Shown piece by piece: positions 9,422-18,561 of a stretch of 64,000 nt of DNA. The stretch covers positions 85,933-149,932 of the forward strand of contig SEBV01000008.1 in the NCBI GenBank assembly GCA_004172865.1. Reading direction: 5' to 3'. Position numbers and translations under genes: made by a program. The notes under the pieces were generated by a model. It searched no databases and was not told where the DNA came from. It was given only the letters and a program-made list of their open reading frames with translations. Within the stretch, counting starts at the first letter, position 1. Each line of letters opens with the position of its first letter. This stretch comes from Gammaproteobacteria bacterium (GTDB lineage Bacteria; Pseudomonadota; Gammaproteobacteria; Pseudomonadales; Cellvibrionaceae).

Positions 9422-10555
9422 ATGCAACCGCAAAAAAATATAACGCCTGTTCGTGTTGAGTTTGATTTGTCTTTAACTCGCACGTTAATTCCGCTAAAAG
9501 ATATGAGCGAAGCTCATCTGCTGGAATTATTAAGCGACGCTAATTCTGAAGTGATCTGCGCCGGGCAAACTCTATTTTCGCGCGGTAGCTACGATGCTCA
9601 ACACGTTTATTTGTTACATGGCAATGTAAGCCTTGTCGATGAAAATAATGTGACAACGATTATTAAAGGTCGATCTACTTTACTGCCAATCGGTCACCAT
9701 CAGCCGCGTTTGGTCACAGCGGTAGCCGAATCTGATTGCAGTGTTTTACGTCTTGATAGCGAGCGTTTGGATAAGCTTTTAGCCTGGAGTCAGGTTGCGG
9801 ATTACTTGCAGTTAAATATTTCTCGTCAGCGCGATTTTGATGAAGATATTGATTGGATGATGACGGTCTTAAAATCCAATTTATTTTTTAAAGTTCCTCC
9901 CATCAACGTTGAAGAAATATTCTCTCGATTAATCCCTCAAGTTGTCTACGCGGGCGATGTGGTTATTCGTCAGGGCGAAATAGGGGATCAATGTTATTTT
10001 CTAAAAGAAGGTGAGGCCGAAGTTTGGCGGCACAATGATTCAAATCGTCAATTACTTGCGACTGTAGGCATTGGCCGCTGCTTTGGTGAGGATGCGCTAG
10101 TAAATGAAACCGCTCGAAATGCTTCTGTCATCATGCTTACAGACGGCGTGTTAATGCGTTTGGACAAACAAGATTTTTTCCGATTGCTTAAAGAGCCAGT
10201 AGTGGCTTCGATATCATTAGAATCTTTTGCAGGAAAAATTGCAGACGGCGCAGTTGCGGTGGATGTTCGTAGTGAAGAAGAATATGCCGAATTACATTTG
10301 CATTCAGCGGTTAACGTACCGTTGAATTTATTGGGCATTAAATCGCGCATGTTAGATAAAAGCCGGGCCTATATTTTTTACTGTAATACCGGTCGTCGCA
10401 GTCGCGCCGCTGCGCATCTATTAACGCAGCAAGGTTTCAAAGCTTTTGCGCTTGATGATTGCAGTAGTCTTTTCACGCAATCTCGTTGGAGCGATTTGCT
10501 GGATAATCGTTTTAATTATGTGTTGCGCGATGGAGTTGCTCACCAAGGATTGTAA
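9422..10555 (+). CDS. Protein with two cyclic-nucleotide-binding domains and a C-terminal rhodanese domain
   Basis: The second cNMP domain has the typical FGEDALV...RNASV phosphate-binding cassette. The C-terminus has a rhodanese active-site loop (YCNTGRRS). Confidence 0.75.
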   Translation: MQPQKNITPVRVEFDLSLTRTLIPLKDMSEAHLLELLSDANSEVICAGQTLFSRGSYDAQHVYLLHGNVSLVDENNVTTIIKGRSTLLPIGHHQPRLVTAVAESDCSVLRLDSERLDKLLAWSQVADYLQLNISRQRDFDEDIDWMMTVLKSNLFFKVPPINVEEIFSRLIPQVVYAGDVVIRQGEIGDQCYFLKEGEAEVWRHNDSNRQLLATVGIGRCFGEDALVNETARNASVIMLTDGVLMRLDKQDFFRLLKEPVVASISLESFAGKIADGAVAVDVRSEEEYAELHLHSAVNVPLNLLGIKSRMLDKSRAYIFYCNTGRRSRAAAHLLTQQGFKAFALDDCSSLFTQSRWSDLLDNRFNYVLRDGVAHQGL

Positions 10556-10578
10556 TTTTTTTTTGAGTGAGTACATAT

Positions 10579-10610
10579 AAAAAAAGGCTGCAATGCAGCC
10601 TTTTTTATTT
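10579..10610. terminator. Bidirectional rho-independent terminator
   Basis: A-run, then GGCTGCA-AT-TGCAGCC, then a T-run, between convergent genes. Confidence 0.75.
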
Positions 10611-10955
10611 TTATTCGCTTTGGGTTTCGACCCGGTCCCCATATTTCATCTCGCGTAGTCTTCCTTGTGAGAAATAGAGGTTTGTCCAAAACTGGCCTTT
10701 GCCTGGGTTGTAAGTCCATATATCGATATTGTCGCAGTGTTCGATTACCGTGTAGGTCCCGTCGCGCTGCTTAACGTTGAAGGGCGTTCTTTCGCAAAAA
10801 GTATCTTTAAACGATGGCTCACCACATTTGCGAAAAACATCCACTTTACTGTCGCCGACTTCGATGATGTCACCTTTACATCTCAGTGACTCAGCTCCAG
10901 CTGAATGAGTTAATAACAGGCCAGAAAATATCGCCAGGCCGGCAATTGCTTTCAT
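10611..10955 (-). CDS. Secreted DUF2845-like small protein
   Basis: The internal ATG at 10955 has AAGGA 7-8 nt upstream and gives a signal peptide (MKAIAGLAIFSGLLLTHSAGA). The pattern LRCKGDIIEVGDSK...CGEP is typical of DUF2845. Confidence 0.6.
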   Translation of the reverse strand: MKAIAGLAIFSGLLLTHSAGAESLRCKGDIIEVGDSKVDVFRKCGEPSFKDTFCERTPFNVKQRDGTYTVIEHCDNIDIWTYNPGKGQFWTNLYFSQGRLREMKYGDRVETQSE

Positions 10956-11054
10956 AATACGTCCTTTGTTTTGGTAGGTATGAAAGGCTCTTATCATAAA
11001 CCTGAATTCCAGTTTTGCTATTCCTTCTTCGAAATAAATTTGTGTTCAAAATGT

Positions 11055-11081
11055 TAAAGAAAATGAGCCTTATGCCGTTAA
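11055..11081 (+). promoter_or_regulatory. Sigma28 (FliA)-type promoter upstream of fliS
   Basis: TAAAGAAA-N11-GCCGTTAA compared with the consensus TAAAGTTT-N11-GCCGATAA. It lies about 60 nt before the fliS ATG. Confidence 0.5.
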
Positions 11082-11139
11082 GTTTATAGGCGAATAACTT
11101 CGCCGAACACTTACATGCCCATTGATGAGAGACAGTTTT

Positions 11140-11529
11140 ATGAACGCATACCAGGCAGCGCAGCATTACTCATCTGTTAAGACTCAAACAAATGTGTTGG
11201 ATGCATCTCCCCACCGCTTAATTCAGATGTTATTCGAAGGTGCTTTGGAGCGTATTGCTCAGGCAAAGGGCGCAATGAAACAGAATCAAATTACCCGAAA
11301 AGGTGAGCTGATCGGTAAGGCCATTAACATAGTGGGCGGCTTACAAGGCAGCTTGAATGATAAAGAGGGTGGTCAATTAGCTGCAAATTTAGAAGGTCTG
11401 TACGACTACATAATACGCCGCTTAACAAAAGCCAATATTGACAACGATCCGTCTGTTTTAGATGAATGTGGCCGTTTATTAGGTGAGCTTAAATCCGGTT
11501 GGGATGCTATTGCCAGCGAGGTAAATTGA
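11140..11529 (+). CDS. fliS: Flagellar export chaperone FliS
   Basis: MNAYQAAQHY...ASPHRLIQMLFEGALERI is the conserved FliS N-terminus. The ATG at 11140 with GAGAG upstream is preferred over the upstream TTG/ATG of the track ORF. Confidence 0.88.
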   Translation: MNAYQAAQHYSSVKTQTNVLDASPHRLIQMLFEGALERIAQAKGAMKQNQITRKGELIGKAINIVGGLQGSLNDKEGGQLAANLEGLYDYIIRRLTKANIDNDPSVLDECGRLLGELKSGWDAIASEVN

Positions 11530-11530
11530 A

Positions 11531-11806
11531 ATGAATTTGTGCCTGGTTCAACCCGTTGATTATTCCGGTCAGTCCGGTGTTATGCAGGTTCGTCATCTAC
11601 AGCAAGCATTAACTAATGCATTAGTGTTAGAGGATTGGGACCAGGTGCGTAAGCTTGATCAAACCTGTGCAGCGCTGATTGATAAGGTCATCGACGCAAA
11701 TCAAAACGATGCAGGCGCACTTTCAAAAGCCTTAAATGAGTTAAAAGGAGTGTACGCAAGTCTTATTGTGCAATGTAAACGTGAAGTTGCTTCAATGGCG
11801 CATTGA
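11531..11806 (+). CDS. Small flagellar-locus protein, FliT-like by position
   Basis: 91 aa and helical. It starts 2 nt after the fliS stop and occupies the fliS-to-fleQ slot that holds a small FliT-like gene in Pseudomonas. I recognised no strong motif. Confidence 0.4.
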   Translation: MNLCLVQPVDYSGQSGVMQVRHLQQALTNALVLEDWDQVRKLDQTCAALIDKVIDANQNDAGALSKALNELKGVYASLIVQCKREVASMAH

Positions 11807-11863
11807 TTTAATGCTAGGCTTAGCGGTATAACTAGCAGCTGAGCCAGTATAGGAGCGCCAACA

Positions 11864-12274
11864 TTGTCTAATTACAACTCGCAAGAAGCCCTTAAGCAAT
11901 ATCGCCAACTGGGGTTGGAGACCCATGTCAACAATGCGAGCCCGCATCGTTTGATTCAGCTTTTGTTGGATGGTGCCTTGGAACGACTTAATGGGGCAAA
12001 AGCTGCTATCGAGCGTGGCGATACCGCTACCAAAGGTGCGTTAATTGGCAAGTCCATGGGTATTATCTCTGGCCTGCGCAGCTCATTAAATATGGAAGTT
12101 GAAGGTAGCGATCTACCCGAGCGTCTCGACGATCTTTACGATTATATGGGCCGCCGTTTATTGGAGGCATCCAGCCAGAACAAGATTGAAATAGTCGTCG
12201 AAGTGATTGATCTTTTAAAGACTATAAAATCCGGTTGGGATGGAATAGAACCGCAACAACTAGCACAGCCTTAA
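11864..12274 (+). CDS. fliS: Second FliS-family flagellar chaperone (paralog)
   Basis: ASPHRLIQLLLDGALERL plus the LDDLYDYMGRRL and GW motifs run parallel to the first FliS. TTG start with AGGAG 8 nt upstream. Confidence 0.8.
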   Translation: MSNYNSQEALKQYRQLGLETHVNNASPHRLIQLLLDGALERLNGAKAAIERGDTATKGALIGKSMGIISGLRSSLNMEVEGSDLPERLDDLYDYMGRRLLEASSQNKIEIVVEVIDLLKTIKSGWDGIEPQQLAQP

Positions 12275-12528
12275 TCTGAATAAACTATCAGTGCTTATCA
12301 ATGATAGGCACTTGTTAAATCCTACTGTTGTATTTTCCGTAAACAATCCAGTCAAAAAATCACCGCATTTATCCTGCCCGAATAAAATATTTTGCTTATT
12401 CATGCCATTAATTTGACTCGCTTCATATCCTCGTCTAAACCTAAGCATTAATAGTCATAGCTCCGGCGTTATTCCGGATAAATATCGCAAAATGCAAATT
12501 ACTTGCAATTTACAAAGGTTGATAGAGC

Positions 12529-13971
12529 ATGTGGCGTAACAATAAGGTTTTAGTCATTGATGACAACGAATCGCGCCGGCACGATTTAAAAGTGTTATTA
12601 GAGTTTTTAAGCGAAACCACCTTCACCTCAGCCTCAAAAAGCTGGCAAGATTTGGTTCAGAGTGAAAATAAAGGTGAAGATTATATTGCGGTTTTTATTG
12701 GCGATTTTTCACAATCCAAACAATCTTTCGAACAATTATTAAAAAGTATTCGCGATTGGAATGATGAGCTTGCTGTTATTTTAACGGGTGATAATGCGCC
12801 TAGTGAAGATGGCTTGGAAGAAGTATTACGACACATGATTATCGCAACACTGCCAATTCCTCCTAGCTACAATAAACTTATCGATACATTGCACCGTGCC
12901 CAACTTTATCGTGAAGCGCAATCAAGCAGTAAGCGGCAGCCGCAACGTCGTCCTGTGCATTTATTTCGTAGTTTGGTCGGCACTAGTCGCGAAATTCAAA
13001 ACGTTCGCGAAATGATGGCGCAAGTGGCAGAAAAAGATGTGTCGGTTTTAATTACCGGCGAATCTGGTACGGGTAAAGAAGTTGTTGCGCGAAATCTTCA
13101 CTACAACTCACCACGCCGGGACAAACCTTTTGTTCCCGTTAATTGCGGTGCAATTCCTGCGGAGTTATTGGAGAGCGAATTATTTGGCCACGAGAAGGGC
13201 GCGTTTACTGGCGCTATTAATTCACGTGCGGGTCGTTTTGAACTAGCCGAAGGCGGCACTTTATTTTTAGATGAAATTGGCGATATGCCGCTCAATATGC
13301 AAGTAAAGATTTTACGCGTATTGCAAGAGCGCTGTTATGAACGTGTTGGTAGCAATAAAACGCAAAGTGTTGATGTTCGTATTATTGCTGCGACTCATCG
13401 TAATCTAGATTCAATGATTAGTAGCAATACATTCCGTGAAGATTTATTTTATCGCTTAAATGTTTTTCCTATCGAGCTGCCCTCATTAAAAGATCGCTCT
13501 GAAGATATTCCACTGCTTATTAACGAGTTAGTAACGCGGATGGAGAATGAGCAACGCGGTTCAATTCGTTTTAATTCCGCGGCAATTATGTCTCTGTGTC
13601 AGCATGAATGGAGCGGTAACGTGCGCGAGCTTGCTAACCTTGTAGAGCGCATGGCGATCATTCATCCCTACGGTGTCATTGGCGTTCAGGATTTACCCGC
13701 TAAATATCGACATGTGGATGTGAGTGACGAAGATTTTGCACCAACGACTCCTGCAGCTAACGCTAATACTGGCTACGTAAATATGAATGACAATCCCTTG
13801 CTTCCAGATCAGGGGATCGATTTGCGTGAATACATTACCAATCTTGAAATGAGTTTGATTCAGCAAGCGCTTAACGATTGCGGTGGCGTTGTAGCTCGCG
13901 CTGCAGATAAGTTGTGTATTCGTCGTACGACGCTGGTGGAAAAAATGCGGAAGTATGAATTGCAGCGTTAA
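12529..13971 (+). CDS. fleQ: Sigma54-dependent flagellar master regulator FleQ
   Basis: FleQ-type N-domain ([27 protein letters not shown]). AAA+ core with [14 protein letters not shown] and LFLDEIGDM, plus a C-terminal Fis-type HTH. Confidence 0.92.
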   Translation: MWRNNKVLVIDDNESRRHDLKVLLEFLSETTFTSASKSWQDLVQSENKGEDYIAVFIGDFSQSKQSFEQLLKSIRDWNDELAVILTGDNAPSEDGLEEVLRHMIIATLPIPPSYNKLIDTLHRAQLYREAQSSSKRQPQRRPVHLFRSLVGTSREIQNVREMMAQVAEKDVSVLITGESGTGKEVVARNLHYNSPRRDKPFVPVNCGAIPAELLESELFGHEKGAFTGAINSRAGRFELAEGGTLFLDEIGDMPLNMQVKILRVLQERCYERVGSNKTQSVDVRIIAATHRNLDSMISSNTFREDLFYRLNVFPIELPSLKDRSEDIPLLINELVTRMENEQRGSIRFNSAAIMSLCQHEWSGNVRELANLVERMAIIHPYGVIGVQDLPAKYRHVDVSDEDFAPTTPAANANTGYVNMNDNPLLPDQGIDLREYITNLEMSLIQQALNDCGGVVARAADKLCIRRTTLVEKMRKYELQR

Positions 13972-14002
13972 CTATCTTTGTGGATTTACCAAAAAAAATT
14001 AT

Positions 14003-14035
14003 AAAAAAACCGCTGAGAAATCAGCGGTTTTTTTA
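14003..14035. terminator. Bidirectional rho-independent terminator between fleQ and rhlE
   Basis: A-run, then CCGCTGA-GAAA-TCAGCGG, then a T-run. Confidence 0.8.
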
Positions 14036-14058
14036 TTGCGATTAAATACCTCTAATAC

Positions 14059-15426
14059 TTAGCCGAGTTTAATTACAGGCTTTTTAGGCTTGCTTCTACG
14101 AGTCGCGCCTTGAGGTTTGCCGCCGGAAGGTTTTGCATTGCCATTATTATTTCCAGCGTTGCCGGATGTTTTTGGCTTCGGCTTTGCGCCTAGTGCAGGT
14201 CTGCGTGCGCCACTATTATTTCCGCCGCCGTTATTGCGACCAATAGTCATGCTGCGGCCCAATACAATTGGCTCTGGGCGAATGCTTGGGTCTGGCTCAA
14301 AACCGGGAAGAACTTGTTTGGGAATATCACGCTTAATTAATTTTTCAATATCACGCAAAAATTTCTCTTCATCCACACACACCAATGAAATCGCAATACC
14401 TTCGCTTTCCGCGCGGCCAGTACGACCAATTCGGTGAACATAATCCTCTGGCACGTTTGGCAATTCATAGTTTACAACATGCGGAAGTTGGTCGATATCA
14501 ATACCGCGCGCTGCGATATCAGTTGCAACGAGTGCGCGAATCGCGCCGCGTTTAAAATCTTCCAATGCTTTAGTGCGAGCGCCCTGGCTTTTATTACCGT
14601 GGATTGCCGCGGCGCTAATACCATCGTCAGCTAATTGTTCGGTTAATTTATTCGCGCCGTGTTTAGTGCGGGTAAAAATTAACACTTGTTGCCAATCGCC
14701 ATCTTTAATTAAGTGCGACAGCAATTCGCGTTTACGATTACGATCAACCGGGTGAACAGTCTGCTCGATTCTTTCGCTGGCGGTGTTACGGCGAGCCACT
14801 TCGATCAACGTTGGTTTGTTTAATAACTTATCCGCAAGATCTTTAATTTCATTTGAAAAAGTTGCAGAGAATAATAAGTTTTGACGTTGCTTTGGCAATA
14901 AAGCTAATACGCGTTTGATGTCATGAATAAATCCCATATCGAGCATGCGGTCAGCTTCATCGAGCACAAGTACTTCAACTTCTTTTAGGCTCACGGCATT
15001 TTGTTGAACCAAATCGAGCAAGCGGCCTGGCGTTGCTACCAGAATGTCTACGCCACCGCGTAGTTTCATCATTTGTGGGTTTGCACTTACACCGCCGAAT
15101 ACAACGGTTGAGCGCAACTGTAAATATTTTCCGTAGGTGCGAACGCTTTCAAATACTTGCGCGGCGAGTTCACGAGTTGGAGTAAGAATAAGTGCGCGCA
15201 CTGGGCGGCGGCCTGCAACCACTTTGGTGCTGGCGCTAAGTTTTTGTAGAAGGGGCAGGGTAAAGCCTGCGGTTTTGCCGGTGCCGGTTTGTGCGCCGGC
15301 TAAAATATCGCCACCGTTCAGTACGGCTGGAATGGCTTGGGCTTGAATTGGAGTTGGCGTGCTGTAGCCTTCTTCTGCAATAGCACGAAGAATTTCGGCG
15401 TTTAAGCCGAGAGTAGCAAATGACAT
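14059..15426 (-). CDS. rhlE: ATP-dependent DEAD-box RNA helicase, RhlE-like, with a basic G/N/K-rich tail
   Basis: Q-motif, [15 protein letters not shown] and HRIGRTGR motifs. The ATG at 15426 (MSFATLGL) is chosen over the longer track ORF, whose extra 38 aa look non-coding. Confidence 0.92.
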   Translation of the reverse strand: MSFATLGLNAEILRAIAEEGYSTPTPIQAQAIPAVLNGGDILAGAQTGTGKTAGFTLPLLQKLSASTKVVAGRRPVRALILTPTRELAAQVFESVRTYGKYLQLRSTVVFGGVSANPQMMKLRGGVDILVATPGRLLDLVQQNAVSLKEVEVLVLDEADRMLDMGFIHDIKRVLALLPKQRQNLLFSATFSNEIKDLADKLLNKPTLIEVARRNTASERIEQTVHPVDRNRKRELLSHLIKDGDWQQVLIFTRTKHGANKLTEQLADDGISAAAIHGNKSQGARTKALEDFKRGAIRALVATDIAARGIDIDQLPHVVNYELPNVPEDYVHRIGRTGRAESEGIAISLVCVDEEKFLRDIEKLIKRDIPKQVLPGFEPDPSIRPEPIVLGRSMTIGRNNGGGNNSGARRPALGAKPKPKTSGNAGNNNGNAKPSGGKPQGATRRSKPKKPVIKLG

Positions 15427-15623
15427 AGTGTTTTCCTGTAGCTCGGCCTCCCGCAGTGGGGATAGGTCTGGCGAGCAAGAGAGTCTAGTTTGGGCGTTGC
15501 CCGCAGCTAGAAGAGAGAGGCGATGCTGACCTAGTAGCATCGGATGCGCATGGTACAGAAATTGGCTGCCCTTAGCTAGCAGCCATTTCTATTAGGCTCT
15601 ATTCATGATGACGGTTGGGCTTT

Positions 15624-16202
15624 TTAACTCGCGCCATAATACGCATGCAATATGGTCACAATCGCTAAAACAATAAACAAAACAAAAGCTGCTTTTCTCG
15701 CCAAATTCAGGGGTATGCGCTCCATCAACCATTTGCCAGCGAAGATAACCGGCACATTTGCCAGCAACATGCCGAATGTAGTGCCCGCAACAACCCAGAG
15801 GGTTTCAGTTTGGTATTTGGCGGCAAGGATCACAGTCGCTATTTGCGTTTTATCGCCAATTTCAGCCAGAAAAAAAAGCACACATGTCGCAACCAGCGGT
15901 CCGTATTGGCCGAATTTTCCGAGGTCGTCGTCTTCTTTATCGGGTACCAATAACCAGATGGCTACAGCGATAAAGCTCGCACTAATAATCCAGGGAATGT
16001 ACTCAGTGGGAATTTTATCCCCTAACCAAGCACCGGCCCAAGCCGATAACGCATGATTGATTAGCGTGGATAAAAGCACTCCCAAACTAATAACGTAGGG
16101 GCGACCGTATTTGGTGACGAGGAACAGAGCAAGGAGTTGGGTTTTATCACCGATTTCGGCAATGGCAACAGCGAGGGTAGAGCTTAGGAAGGCTTCCATC
16201 AT
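15624..16202 (-). CDS. UPF0016 (GDT1/TMEM165/MneA-like) membrane protein, a putative Mn2+/Ca2+ exporter
   Basis: Two internal repeats each carry the E-x-G-D-K-T motif (EIGDKTQ twice). About six TM segments. Confidence 0.85.
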   Translation of the reverse strand: MMEAFLSSTLAVAIAEIGDKTQLLALFLVTKYGRPYVISLGVLLSTLINHALSAWAGAWLGDKIPTEYIPWIISASFIAVAIWLLVPDKEDDDLGKFGQYGPLVATCVLFFLAEIGDKTQIATVILAAKYQTETLWVVAGTTFGMLLANVPVIFAGKWLMERIPLNLARKAAFVLFIVLAIVTILHAYYGAS

Positions 16203-16227
16203 AATAACCGGGCGGGATTTTAAACCA

Positions 16228-16386
16228 GAGATATAGCAACCGTCCCGCCAGTGGCGGTCGCTATATCTCAGGTCTCATCGATTCAATCACACGATTGAAC
16301 ACCATTGCCATGCTATATGAGCAAGTTTGTTGACAATGGCACTGGTAATTTTTACAAATTAACCAGCAGATTACTCCCCCGAGAGA
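16228..16386 (-). promoter_or_regulatory. yybP-ykoY (Mn2+) riboswitch-like leader of the UPF0016 gene
   Basis: On the minus strand, UCUCGGG-GGAGUAA ... three hairpins ... AUGAGA-CCUGAGA. The P1 arms UCUCGGG/CCUGAGA pair over 7 bp and flank the conserved GGGGAGUA and GAGACC elements. The 3' P1 arm overlaps a 10-bp-plus-5-bp hairpin (16228-16269), which gives mutually exclusive folds. Confidence 0.55.
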
Positions 16387-16439
16387 AGTGCGCGCATTCT
16401 ATCTAGGTCATTGCCATTACTCAACAGCAATGTTTTCAC

Positions 16440-17585
16440 TCAGTAGCCTTGTGAAACCAAATCGTCAAATTGTTGCTGCATATCGTCGGAAGATCGAGGT
16501 TGGTCGAGTTCTCGGTAAATAGTGCTCGCCAATTGGTAAAACCGTTTTTCTTTGTTTTCGATATTAATCGCCTGTTGAATATGCACGAGCGCCTGTTTCG
16601 GATCGCCCGCTGTTAGCGCTGAAGTTGCAAGCGAATATTCGTTGTACGGATTCGATTTGCGATAATTTTTTGCAGCAGCGGCGTAACGTTGAGCTTTATC
16701 GTTGTTGCCCATATCTCGATAAAGCACAGACAAATTATTCATAATAGTTAAATCGTCAGGCTTAAGTTCAAGGCCTTTTAAGTAGGCAAGTTCAGTTTCT
16801 GGCAATAAATTATAGCGACGATAAACAACGGCTAGGTTGTTCCAAAGGTAGCTTTGGCTTTGCTCTGATTGCATCGCCCTGGATATATAAAGGAAAGCTT
16901 TTTCCTTATCTCCTTCCGCTAACGCTTCGGTTGATCTGTTGCTGTAATATTGTGAATCTACTTGTTCATTTGAAAGCATACGTTGGTGATAACTTGGACG
17001 GTATTGATCAAGTTGCAAATCAACTACGACATAATCTGTTTTGCCAAAACCTCTGGATTCACTGGGAAATTTTACAAGCGCATTCACGTGCAGCATGAAG
17101 AAAACTGAGCTGTCGGAAAACATATTCCAGCTTGGCGGAATATCGACTGTATTAATGTAAGCTTCAAGATTTAAGTATCGCGCCAAGGCGACGTAAAGGA
17201 TTGAGAAGCTTAAGCAGTTAGCATGTTTGTGAGCGAATGTATCAGGTGCAGCTTCCGTAATTTTTGCGTCAAATTTAACGCCTTGGCCGCCTTCTTTTTC
17301 AGATGTAATTAATGCCTTGTGAAGTGCGACAGCTTTGGTTAATGGAGTGTTTGCATTTCGTGTTGCATCGTTTGCAAATTTCGCCATTTCAGCAGTTACT
17401 TCGAAAAGATCACCATTGGGAAGTTCGCTAGCAGCGAAGTCGCGCCCCAAAATTAATCTGCCCGACAAAAGCCGTTCAGTTCCCGTGAGTTGACTGGTTT
17501 TTGTTTTTGGGGGAACGGAAGAGCAGCTATTTAATAAAATGGCCGCGATGAGAGGAATCAAGCTACTTAATATTATTTTGTTCAT
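16440..17585 (-). CDS. Lipoprotein with a transglutaminase-like cysteine-protease-fold region and C-terminal TPR repeats
   Basis: The ATG at 17585 gives a lipobox (LLNSC). The segment HANCLSFSILYVALARYL...HVNA resembles a transglutaminase-like core. Several TPR-like repeats follow. Confidence 0.65.
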   Translation of the reverse strand: MNKIILSSLIPLIAAILLNSCSSVPPKTKTSQLTGTERLLSGRLILGRDFAASELPNGDLFEVTAEMAKFANDATRNANTPLTKAVALHKALITSEKEGGQGVKFDAKITEAAPDTFAHKHANCLSFSILYVALARYLNLEAYINTVDIPPSWNMFSDSSVFFMLHVNALVKFPSESRGFGKTDYVVVDLQLDQYRPSYHQRMLSNEQVDSQYYSNRSTEALAEGDKEKAFLYISRAMQSEQSQSYLWNNLAVVYRRYNLLPETELAYLKGLELKPDDLTIMNNLSVLYRDMGNNDKAQRYAAAAKNYRKSNPYNEYSLATSALTAGDPKQALVHIQQAINIENKEKRFYQLASTIYRELDQPRSSDDMQQQFDDLVSQGY

Positions 17586-18506
17586 GGGACACCTCTTTGA
17601 GTTGACTCTCAAAGTATAGAAGTCCCGCATAGATTATTAGCTGATAAGTATATAATATTTAGGAATATAAGGATTTTTCTAAATCTTCTTCACGCTTGAA
17701 TTGTTTGCAAATCACCTAAAAACATTTTTACGTATGTTGATTTTTAATCAGTTCAGTTAAATCAAATACTTATTTATAAAATTGTTTAACGTTAACCTTA
17801 ATAATTTTTCGAATGGTATTAATGCTGCCAGCGGTAGGAGTTAGGTTTGCTGTATCTGCAATTTGCGATAGATATGATGAGCTTTAGCGAATTGCGGGGT
17901 TTATCTTAATAACGTTGATGGCGTATCAAAAATGTTAAGTGGAAGTCTCACTAGTATTTATAACCATGATGGAAATTGTTTGGGTTCTTAACCACCTTTG
18001 TTTCGAAGTAAGTTTCCGCATCTTATTATTTCTTTCCGTTTTTCGTTGTTCTTCATTCGCCCGATTTTTAATCTACATTTTGATTAATTAAATTTCACTC
18101 TATTAATATCAATAATACATCTTGTTGATGTACTACTTGATAGTGTTGATATCTAACCAAAAATATTTCCTGGCGATCTATTTTCATGGTTAATAGGTGT
18201 AATTACCTAAAATTTATTTAGTTGTATAAAATTTATTAAATTAAATTTTTAGAAAAAAGGCGCTGCTAGATATAAAGCATATTGCTCTAAATTGATCATT
18301 TCTCAACTGTTGATATTTAATGCTTTATTTTTTGGTGAGGAAATATTAAGCGGTTTTTATAATTCACGGAAATAAACTTATATTTTATTGATGTGGATAA
18401 AATTCATATTAAAATTTTTTTAATCTTCGCTTAGTAATATTTAATCTTTATTAATCATGAGGTTATGTTTTCCAAATATTTTAGAAGAGTTGGTTTTTGT
18501 TTTTCG

Positions 18507-18522
18507 TGGCATACAAGTTGCT
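18507..18522 (+). promoter_or_regulatory. Sigma54 (-24/-12) promoter of the TonB-dependent receptor gene
   Basis: TGGCATACAAGTTGCT matches TGGCAC-N5-TTGCW with exact GG-N10-GC spacing. It lies 40 nt before the ATG, and AAGGA is the SD. Confidence 0.7.
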
Positions 18523-18561
18523 CTTGCTGAGACTCAAACAAAAATTATTTAAGGATTTAAT

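Noticed and set aside
14059-15540. N-terminal extensions in the track ORFs for rhlE (15427-15540). The same issue applies to batA (41059-41205), the TPR lipoprotein (17586-17630), DUF2845 (10956-10997), efp, eat and rmf
   Set aside because: Internal ATGs with better SD sequences restore canonical N-termini (Q-motif region, signal peptides, lipobox). The extensions have non-coding-like composition.
15652-16056. 134-aa ORF antisense to the UPF0016 transporter gene
   Set aside because: It is embedded in a gene that has clear duplicated EIGDKTQ motifs, and the ORF has no recognisable features.
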